From the NCBI RefSeq assembly GCF_009914755.1, contig NC_060928.1: 64,000 nt of DNA; one strand, given 5' to 3'. The notes below the pieces were generated by a model. The model had not been told where the DNA came from and made no database searches. It saw only the letters and a list, made by a program, of their open reading frames with translations. The number at the start of each line of letters is the position of its first letter. The stretch's first letter is position 1. The DNA is from the human T2T-CHM13v2.0 reference genome, Homo sapiens. A program made the position numbers and the translations under genes. Positions 51,654 through 64,000 of this stretch are shown one piece after another.

Positions 51654-53736
51654 TCAGTAGTCGTTCTGAGGCATTGTTATGAGTCCTTTGTCTAAATAGT
51701 ACTCAATGATTGGTTTGTTTCCTAGTAAGGCTTTAGGTATAAGGGGATATTGCCTTACATTTGGCAGGGGTTTGGATTTATTTATGGTTATCTCTATAGG
51801 GACTGCTGACTGAATTCTCCCATTATCTGTGGAAGAGCTTGCCCATAAGGAGTCTGTTACCTTAGATAAGAGAGGCTCTAATTCTTCCTGTGCAGAATCT
51901 TGATTCACTTTCACAAGCATAATATTACATGTAAGTCTTCTGTGTCTCCCAAGTGGAGAATCACTTCTCCCTTCTATGAAAATGAGATGTGAGCATTATG
52001 GGTCTCTAGGAAATCCCATCCCATACATCCCTGGTGTATGGGGGCACTAAGTACTATAAGAAAAACATGATGCCCCACTAGTTATCCTAATTGAAATAGA
52101 AGGGGATTTGATTTAAGGGCTGTAATAGGAGAGTTCAAAAACCTTACCATTTCCACTTTTTCTTTACTCCAAGGGAGAGGGTTCTAAATAAGGTAGAGGT
52201 GAGGACTGACAGTGTAGCACCAGTGTCGACAAGGACTTTGGTATTTTCCCCATTTATGGATATTTCTACTCCTAAAGCATTAGTTAGAAGTAGAGGGAAA
52301 ACCCTCTGTATTCCCTCAGAGAATCCCTATTCTGAATTTTAAGTTGTTCTGTTGCCTTCCTCTGGGGCCCTTTGCCCCTTTGTGTTAGCACCCATTTAAG
52401 TTGTTTGCATTCCTTTTTTAATTTTTTTTTTTCTTTTTGCAATGGTGGCAAAATGCTTCCTCTTTGGGTTGCTTAGATTTCTGGGGACCGTGGGACCCTT
52501 GCAAATTCCCAACTTGGTTACTAAGTTGTTTTAGTTGTAAACTCATAATTTTAGAGACTGTTTTCTTTTCTTTCTTAATGATTGTGACATTTGGTCAGCT
52601 TGGGTGACTAGGTGGCTAATGGGCAAGAAAGCCTAAGCTGCATTATTCCTCTTCATTAGGGTTGCTAACTCCTTATCTAAACCTTGAGTAAAGCCAGAAG
52701 TTAGTAAGTTGTCACTTCTACTGTGCTCAAAGTTTTCAGGAAATACTCCTGAAAACTGTTTGAATGACTTTTCAAACCTGATGTAAAAGCCAGACATGGT
52801 TTTGTTAGGTTACATTCTACATTGTTGCACCTTTGCCCAATCTATAACCTTGGGGAATATCTGTGAATAGGTTCACAGAGGTGATTGCAAAGCTCTCTGC
52901 ATTTCTCTCTTCCAGTTGTATCTATTCTGTCAAAATCTTCTAAAAGCTGTTTCCAACCTGCTACTTTAAACCATTCTTCAGTTTTGTTTTTGGGAACCAG
53001 TAACTCAATCAGTTGATACAGGTCAGAGAACCCTGAATCATAAATCTTAAGTGTTAATTGGAATTCCTTAGCAAATCCAAAGGAATCTTTAGTCGCATCG
53101 GGGAATCCAGATACCTGGGCCTTTAACTCTGATTTTCCTGGGGGTCTATATTATGTTAGGATCCCCTCTGCCTGTGGGTTTTACTCTGAAAGGAGCAACC
53201 ACTATATTATTTTCTCCAGCTATTTCTGGTCCCCCTGTGGCTTCAGGCAAGCGAATACAGGAAGGAGAAGGAAAAGTGAAATTTTCTAAACAAGGAAGTT
53301 CAGAGAGCAGAGGGTCAGGAGGAGCAGAAGGGGAGACAGTTTCTAGAGCCTTCCTGATTTCAGAAGTGGCCTCTACTAATTTCTTTAATTCTAAGACAGT
53401 TTCAAAAATTTTTATATTAACTTCCTGGAAGGAGGCGAGATTATTTTTCCCTCTTTTTGAGGATTCTAGGTGCCAGCTAAAGTACAATTCTCATTCATTT
53501 TCTTTGATTTGGGAGGCTAATTTTTCCAATCTAGCATGCAAGAAAACTAATTTAGGGATATCAAAAGTTCCCGATTTTGAAAACCTAAGACCTAGGTAAT
53601 CTTTAGTAAGATGTTCCCATTTATATGAATACTTGCAAGTAAAGGTGCCTTAATCAGTAAACATAAACCTAGCTGGGGTGCCCGTAGGGGCCTGCTGTCC
53701 TTTCCTTTTCTCTTTATTGGAGGGTTTATTTCCCAT
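51654..53736 (-). pseudogene. Degraded gag-pro-(RT start)
   Basis: ATG GGA (MGNKPS, myristoylation-type start) at 53736; Pro-rich segment; degenerate CCHC knuckle near 52400-52450; TAG at 52329-52327; protease VLVDTGATLSV (DTG at 52219-52227); RT N-terminal VRQYPL...LDKGLI, then truncation. Confidence 0.8.
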
Positions 53737-54483
53737 CCTCTTTTTTTTTTCTTTTTTAGAGGCACTTACCTGTGGCTTAAGGTTTTTGTGTGGTGGATCA
53801 CTATGTGCTGCTTGTGGGCTGGACTTCACAGTGTGTCACTCCTGAGTCATTTCTACCTTCTTACGTGCCTCAATTTCTCTTTTCAGAGGTCTATTAACTC
53901 TGAGAGGGCTCCAAACATTGGGTGATCAGCCCTTAAGTGCATTTCCTGGACAAGCCTTTTTAAATTAATATTAGTTGGGAAGTTTCTTATAGAGTCGCTG
54001 CACATTGTGGAGGGTCAACACCTTAGACACTCCCATGAGGCCCTTGGTCACCTAACAGTGACTTTGGACTGGGAAGAGCAATGCCCTTTCTCTTCAGAGC
54101 TGAGGAACTCAGTCTCTCATTTACATATGAAAAATGACAGTTCAGTTCCTCATGCAAAGTGTGCACAGACAAACAAATTGAGATTAATTTTGAGACAAAA
54201 GGCAATGGAGAAAGACCCTTTTGAATGCACCTCTGAAACTAAAATTAGGATTTTAACCAACTTCTTATGAGAAAAGAGATAGAAAAAAAAAACCAGCTAA
54301 GAATAAATAAAGGACCATCAACCAAACTCAAGGGGCGGGGTTCAGGAGGACTTACCAGTTCCACCCGAGGAAACTCCGTGAGGTTTTTAAGGTACCCTTC
54401 TGGTACCATAGCTCAGGTTTTGGGGAACTCTTTTGTGGCCCTGAGTATTCTCTGAGGCCTCATGTGTTTGGGTGCCAGATTAT

Positions 54484-55238
54484 TGTCAACAAAAAGAGTC
54501 AAGCTTTTAAAATATTTGAAGAGATTTCTTCTGAGCCAAATATGAGTGACCATGGCCCATGACACAGTCCTCAGGAGGTCCTGAGAATCTGTGCCCAAGG
54601 TGGTCGGGGTACAGCTTGGTTTCATATATTTTGGGGAGGCATGAGACATCAATCAAATACATTTAAGAAATACACTGATTTAGTTCAGAAAGGCAGGACA
54701 ACTAAAAGCACAGGCTTCCAGGCTATACATAAATTTAAACATTTTCTGGTTGATGATTAGTTGAGTTTATCTGAAAATGTGAGATTAATGGAAAGAATGT
54801 TCAGGTTAAGATAAAGGATTGTGGAGACCTAGTTTTATTGTGCAGAGTAATCTCTCAGATAGCAGACTTCAGAGAGACAGTATGTTGTAAATGTTTCTTA
54901 TCCGACCTAAAAGGGTGCCTGGTTCTTAGTTGATTATCTCCTGGGTCTGGAAAGAAAGGAAGATGAACAAAGGTGGAAGGGGATTCTCTATAGAACATGT
55001 ATTTTCGCACAAGAGGCTTTGCAGGGCAATTTCAAGGTATGGCAAGGAAATACATTCGGGGTTAAATATTTTTTCCTTTTCTTATAATGTTATGCCAGAG
55101 TCAGATTAAAAAGTAAGTCACATTATGTAGGGTCAAATAAAACCCATTTGAGGAGAATTTACGGTTTGTAGGGCATGACTCCCTACATCTCTTAGGTAGG
55201 AATTTGGGCAAGATAAAAAAATCAGAGCTTACTCCTCA
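54484..55238 (-). mobile_element. 5' LTR (MER4D/E-like)
   Basis: Roughly 90% identical to 48350-49110 by eye. Confidence 0.9.
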
Positions 55239-55560
55239 GGATACCAGGACAGAGAACTGGGAATCATGATGGGCACCAAGAAAAATAATGGAGTCAGAGG
55301 AAGCTATCCAAAAAAAAAAAAAAAAAAAAAAAAAGAACTTAGCAACTTAAGATTATAACATTTTCTTGTCTTTGTTTCTCCCAAATTGAACCATGGTATC
55401 GTTTTTGCAGCTTTAGTGGTATGTACATATGTAATTGATAACTGCTTAATGTGCATAGTAATTATTACCACAAAGAGGTACTTGTGTAAAGAGTCGTTTG
55501 AATATATTAGCTGGAAATAGTAATAATTTTAGCTAAAATTTTATCTATCAAAACATATCT

Positions 55561-56625
55561 TGTTACATGTAGTTAGGCATGAGCAGGGCAGGAGAGGGCT
55601 CTCCCCACAAACCAATGAAATGTTAAGTGATGGTTCGGCAATTATCGCGTTGCCTCTCTAAAACTGATAATTTGGCAGCCAGGGAGAGACAATCTCCTGA
55701 CGGTCCACATCTGTTAACATTGAAAGTAGTAATTCAATGCAGGCCCTAGGAAGAAGCAGCTTCTTGGGTATATGCGTTAAGAGAAAAAGTGGCAAAGTAT
55801 AATGTTGTGGGGGAACACGCCACTGGTAAAAGAAACAAAGACTCAGATCAGCAAACGTATAAAACTCTGTAAAATACACTAACTGTGCTCAATTCCAAAT
55901 GGTAAAGAAAGCACTGCACGTGCAGAAAGCCCACCCTAGGGGAAGAATCATGGGGAAAAGGCGAGCCTTTAAGGTCCCAGGATCAAGGTTAAAGAGGCTC
56001 TTTTCTCTCTTTTCCTGTCAGGCACCCACTTGGATATTTTCCAAGGGTTCTTTCTTTTATTTTCTGGGCCGAAGCCTTTTCAATAAACTTCTGTGTCAGC
56101 CATTTTCACACTGCTATTAAGACATGCAAGAGACTGAATAATTTATAACGAAAAAAGCTTTAATTGACTCACAGTTCCACATGGCTGAGGAGGCCTCAGG
56201 AAACTTGCAATCATGGCAGAAGGGGAAGAATCATGTCTTACATCGCAGCAGACAAGACAGAGTGAGCAAAATCAGGAAAAAAACTGCCTTATAAAACCAT
56301 CAGATCTCATCATACTTTTTTATCACTCATCATGGGGGAAACGACCCCCATAATTCAATCATCTACCACTTAGTCCCTCTCTCAACATGTGGGGATTATG
56401 GGGATTACAATTCAAGACGAGATTTAGGTATGGAAACAGAGCCAAATCATATCACTTCCCCTCCTGCTCTGAAACTTGCCTTGGTCTCTTTTTCTGCTTT
56501 ATGCCCCTCGATCAAATTCTTTTTTTTTTTTTCTTTTTGAGGAAGCAAGGACTGAAGTTGCTACAGACTGGTACTGATAGGCCACTGGTAATATGGGGTA
56601 ACTTGGATCACTTCCACCAGTCACA
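55561..56625 (+). mobile_element. MER50-like ERV1 solo LTR, interrupted by a MaLR LTR
   Basis: tgttac...gtagttaggcatgagcagggcaggagagggc start, aataaacttc...ctcctgctctgaaacttgcc, ends tcaca; 4-bp TSD ATCT on both sides. Confidence 0.8.
56092..56454 (-). mobile_element. THE1/MST-type solo LTR
   Basis: ...gactcacagttccacatggctgaggaggcctcagg...ggggattatggggattacaattcaag...gccaaatcatatca. Confidence 0.9.
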
Positions 56626-57126
56626 ATCTCAAATGTTAATATGCCTTCTTCTAAATTCCTGGTTTTGCTGAATATTGTTTATGAAACTAAATGCCCCAAT
56701 TTCTTTATTTCTAAACATCTAATTTTGCAGCATAAGATTAGAAATTCAAAGAAGCTAAAAAGAAACACAACACTAGACGAACATTTTCTATCCTTTTAAA
56801 TATTTTATATTTTGCTTTAAATTTACACAAAATATATCAGTACATAGGTATTTTATATATGTTTTTCATATAAGCTTATACAATTGTACTAATAAAAATT
56901 TAATTTCTTGTCCTTTTTTTTTACTTCTTGCCAAACAGTCTATCATCAGTGAAAATTCAAGAGATGTGTCATCTGGCTATTTTCTTATAAAAATACACTG
57001 TAAAATGAACTAACTGCCTGCTAAAACATGCTCTCATGTGCATAATACATATATTAGTCATGTTTTTCCACCTCAGAAGTTTTATCTTTTTTCATCATAA
57101 TATCAGTGTAGAAATAGGGAAAATAT

Positions 57127-57433
<307 letters not shown>

Positions 57434-58065
57434 TCAGTGAATGTAGATACCAAAAAGCCCCTTTCACAAAGCCCTTTCAATTTTTAATGAAAGGTTCTGA
57501 ATGAGAGAAATATCTTTGGGCATGCAAAAAGAGAAATGCACATTTTGGATTCCAACAGAAATTCATTTTATATTTCTTGTTACTGGGTAAAAATTCATTG
57601 CATATGCAAACTTCTTCACACCCAAATCACAATTTCATTCTCTCAATTTGAGGGACCAGGAAGCCATTCATCTGAGTTTATCCATACTTCAGATCACCAA
57701 CACAAACTGCAACCATGAGAATCCTTACAGAATTTTTAAATTATGTCAGTTTATTTGTTATGTATTTATGTAAAATTTTCCAACTGGTTGATAGAAGTAC
57801 ATATTAAATCCTAAAGGATTAAAGGAGAGTAAGCCTATACCAGAAAAGCACAAATTTAAAAATTTAAATAAACTTATCCACAAAGAACAAAGCAGAATGA
57901 AAAATAATATGTCATCATCAATATTCTTATTTGAAATAGAATCAGGTAAACATTTATATTGAAAATTACATATAATAGTATTAGAGTTAGATTTTATAAT
58001 TCTAAAGTACCTAGAGGAAAACAAAAATTATCAAAAGAAAACATATTGTTTAATGTAGGTTTAAG

Positions 58066-58377
58066 AATTTTGTTTTGTTTTGTTTTGTTTTTTCTTCAGA
58101 TGGAGTGTTGCTCTGTCATCCAGATTGGAGTGCAGTGGCACGATCTCAGCTCACTGAAACCTCTGCCTACTGAGTTCAAATGATTCTCCTGTCTCAGCCT
58201 CCCAAGTAGCTGGGATTACAGGCACCTGCCACCTCGCCCAGCTAATTTTTATATTTTTAGTAGAGACAGGGTTTCACAATATTGGTTAGACTGGTCTCAA
58301 ACCCCTGACCTCAGGTGATCCACCCGCCTTGGCCTCCCAAAGTGTTGGGATTACAGGGGTGAGCCACCGTGCCCGGC
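58066..58377 (-). mobile_element. Alu with (TTTTG)n-converted tail
   Basis: ttttg repeats, then cagatggagtgttgctctgtc...gagccaccgtgcccggc. Confidence 0.95.
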
Positions 58378-59004
58378 AAGAACTGTTTTTTAATAACACT
58401 AGTGACTCATTTCATTTGTGAATATAAAATAATTTAAATAAAATATCAAGAAAATGGATATTAGAATGTCTTCAGTAAATGTCACAGGTTAATGCTATAT
58501 TCTCTTCTCTCACAATAGGAAAAGAAATGAAATTATTTTCAATTATTTTTCCTCTTACATAAAGCCAAGTCAAATAAGCTTTCTGAAGGACAAGACAGAA
58601 TTTAATATTAATTCCCTGAAGTCTGCTTACAGAACTGGGATGGGTAGCTTTATGTGAATTTCTTGAAAAACAGAACCAGGAAAGATAACTTCATGAGGAC
58701 AGCTCCTGGAATTTGTTGTAACAAGGAATGCATAGGTCTGCCTTCTAGGGATTAAAAGGGACTAGAGGGCAGCCATTGTTTTCTCTTTGCATGCATTTAT
58801 TCCTTGATCTAACTCACCACCACTACAACCACTGCCACTCACTGATTCATCAAATATTGGGTAAATAATGATCTTATTTGTTTTTATTAGCCTTTCTTAA
58901 ATGCATATACAGCTCCCATTTATTTCACTGTTTAATCTTAGAAGTGTTTTTCGTCTTTATTTATAAATTTGCTGATGCTTTGTGGTCAAAAATATTCTAT
59001 TGTA

Positions 59005-59110
59005 CTTAAACCTTGTTTATGTCAATTAGCCTGTGGTAAAATTCCTTTTGTTATATGTCATTTTGCTTAAAGTCACAGTTTCCAAGAACCTATTAAGTGA
59101 AGACTTACTG
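59005..59110. mobile_element. Tigger-type DNA transposon end (MER82-like)
   Basis: aagtcacagtttccaagaacctat...aagtgaagacttactg followed by TA. Confidence 0.6.
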
Positions 59111-60400
59111 TATATGCTTTAATTAAACCTCACAATAATACAACATAAGAATGGTAGAAAAGGAAAGAGGAAACTCTGTAATATCTGTAATGGATCCAAA
59201 TCTAGGGAAAGAAAAATTATGTCTTCTACAGACAAAATTATCTCATATTCAATTTGAATATAAAAAAGTATGAAATTTCATTCAGTTGAGCCTAAATAAT
59301 GGTCAACTACAAATCATGAGTACAAATTTAACAAGGCAGAGGAAAATGGTGGCCAGAGGCTTATTTACTCTTCACTGTTACAGTATGGAGAGATTGGGCA
59401 CTTCATGGGTTAATTTAATAGAACTGCTTTGTAAACTGTTTCAGCCAACCACCATGTCTGAAACAAAACTTGTGACTTAACAATTAAGAATCATTAGTAG
59501 GTAAGTTTTAAGAACAATACCGTTTAAAAATTGTATTAATTCCAAATAATATAAAGATCTCATATTGCATAAATATGGAAAAATAAAATAATTGAAATAA
59601 AATGGTCATACCTTATAAACGGACTTTTATCCTCCTGTTTGTCTTTAACATGCATGGCTTTCTTATGTCATTTAACTTAGGAAAGGGAAGCCAGACCCTT
59701 GAGTTAACAGAAAGTCCACGTTAAATATCTGAGAATTTGGGGAATGAGAAATGAGTATCTCTCACTTTCATGTCTTTATTTATTTTAGGAGTGAAAGTAA
59801 TAAAATACCTTCTTTGGGGGTTAGCACAACAAGACCCAAAACCATGAAGAGGTACCATACAAGTATAATTACTTCAATTTTCACAAAAGTTTCAGTCTTT
59901 CATATAATCACTCAAACCTCTTTACTTACATGCTTTATTATCCCTTCTGCCCTTCCAACATTTCACAACCCTTGCACTGGAACTCTGAACTTATCAGCAT
60001 AAGCAAAATTTTTAACATCTTCCACCTCTTCTGTTTCCTTTTTTCACTGCTAACTTTAACCAAGATCAGACTTTTCTGAGGCCATTTCTTGCACCACAGC
60101 CCTTTAGTACATTATCCACTTGCTCCCAAATACATTTCCCTGAGCCTGGAGATGGATCAAATAAATGTATTGCTTACAATTGCCCCTAAATAAAATTTTA
60201 AAACCTTACTCACTTGCACTGTCTGCACTAATACTCTTACCATAATTCTTGATAATTTAAAGAATGCAATTAGTGTTCCCAATACATTTGCTGCTAAGTT
60301 CCCTGACCTTCTTTATTCTAATATTTTTGTTCTCCACTGTACCCCTGTTACATCCTCAATCATATATAGCTTAGACATTCCCATGACTAGTAAACTAGTC

Positions 60401-60440
60401 ATTATATCTTTTCTGTTACCTACCTATTTTAGTCTGTTCT
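60401..60440 (+). repeat. 40-bp dispersed copy of 61572-61611 (39/40)
   Basis: attatatcttttctgttac(c/g)tacctattttagtctgttct at both sites. Confidence 0.95.
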
Positions 60441-61101
60441 TTATTCTCAACTTAAAATTTTATTCTACAACCATCACTTCTGTTTTCCAACCACACTCCA
60501 CAATATTTACAATACTAGCAAACCGGGACATGCATTCCACTGATCTTACCACTTTTTTAAAGTTCCTTATTCCCCTCATGTTCTTCCTCCCCTCACTACC
60601 CAGCATATGGTTTATAGTCTCATCTTAATAACTGCACCTTACAAAGAAATCCTGATGTTACTTAGTATGATTTCTCCTACTCTGGTTAAACTCGATGTAT
60701 TACCTATTTTCCACTTAATTCTAGGTAAGTAGGAATGTCTGAAAAAACCTATAAAACTGCACTGATTTTACTCACATTAAATTAGATCTAAAAATTATTA
60801 ATGTTTCACAATTTGCTTAATACATTTTCCCACTTCCCTCTCCCACCTTCCTAGATGCCCTTTTCACTAATTTTCTTATATCTTCAAGCCTCCACTACAT
60901 CCTCTATCTCCAATTTCTTGATAAACATGCAACCTATTTTTTTCTGAGAAAATAGAAGCAATTTAAAAAAACTCTCATGTTTCTCCTACCTATAAATGAA
61001 TAGATTTGTTTTCATAAAAATGATTTACCTACTACTGTTAAGATGGATAAACATGTATAATTAGTTCTAAGGCCAAGCTCTTTTTTAAACTAGATCCCAC
61101 C

Positions 61102-61534
61102 TATATTAGGCAATTCTTATATTGCTATAAACCAATATGTGAGACTGGGCAATTTATCAGAATAGAAGTTTAATTGGCTCATGGTTCTGTAGGTTATACA
61201 GAAACCACAGCAGCATCTGCTTCTGATGAGGTTTCAGGGATCATTTACTCATGACCGAAGGCAAAGTGGGGTTAGTCAAGTCACATGTTGAAAGCAGGAA
61301 CAAGAGAGAGAAAGTCAGGAGTCAGGTATGGGGAAGGTGTCACACATGTCTAAACAATCAGATCTCATAAGAATTTACTCATTATCATGAGGAGAGTACC
61401 AAGAGGATGATGCCAAACCATTCATGAGAAATACACCTCCATAATATATTCACCTCCCACAGGACCCACCTCCAACACTGAGGATTATAATTCAACATGA
61501 GATTTGGGTGGGGACAAATATCCAAATTATATCA
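61102..61534 (-). mobile_element. MST-type solo LTR
   Basis: tatattagg...gagactggg...aattcaacatgagatttgggtggggacaaatatccaaattatatca. Confidence 0.85.
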
Positions 61535-61595
61535 TCATCCTTTTTTGAATATCAAAGACATAGCCCCAGGAATTATATCTTTTCTGTTACGTACC

Positions 61596-64000
<2,405 letters not shown>

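Larger units (their letters stand above)
48350..55238 (-). mobile_element. MER4-group ERV1 provirus with two LTRs; gag-pro and env remnants, most of pol deleted
   Basis: Two ~760-bp LTRs (TG...CA); Lys-like degenerate PBS TGGCACCCAAAC just inside the 5' LTR; PPT AAGAGGGGAGAC abutting the 3' LTR. Confidence 0.9.

Noticed and set aside
55309-55333. Isolated poly-A run (also 13221-13239) as tail of an unknown retrocopy
   Set aside because: No recognisable body, poly-A signal or convincing TSD.

Overview
AT-rich, repeat-dense hominid DNA, most likely human. By recognition of its content it appears to be the TECRL locus on 4q13; this is inferred, not looked up. The only true coding sequence is coding exon 1 of TECRL (minus strand, 18122-18355, [14 protein letters not shown]...ILDK followed by GTGAGT). 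Bases 1-18121 are TECRL intron 1, and a muscle-type promoter (MEF2/TATA, GATA, NBRE motifs) lies near 18440-18640. Upstream there is a disabled processed pseudogene of DPP3 (about 39862-42644), a two-LTR pol-deleted MER4-group ERV1 provirus (48350-55238), MaLR (MST/THE1) elements, a Ricksha MULE DNA transposon carrying an ERVL/MLT2 piece, a U6 retrocopy, a twin-primed L1 and about a dozen Alus. I found no new gene system. The most distinctive signal is a recurring class of short, locally templated copies, several with fold-back palindromes or stutter at their junctions: 1937-2029, 15150/16486, 28255-28310, 41521-41765 copied from 45465-45688, 50872-50993 and 60401/61572. They resemble fossil polymerase-theta or template-switch repair scars. 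Other highlights: two chained uORFs in the TECRL leader, one overlapping the CDS out of frame; a DPP3 retrocopy apparently made from an exon-skipped mRNA; and a CpG-rich orphan segment with ERR/NR5A and AP-1 sites inside an L2. Repeat subfamily names come from recalled consensus sequences and need RepeatMasker/Dfam confirmation.
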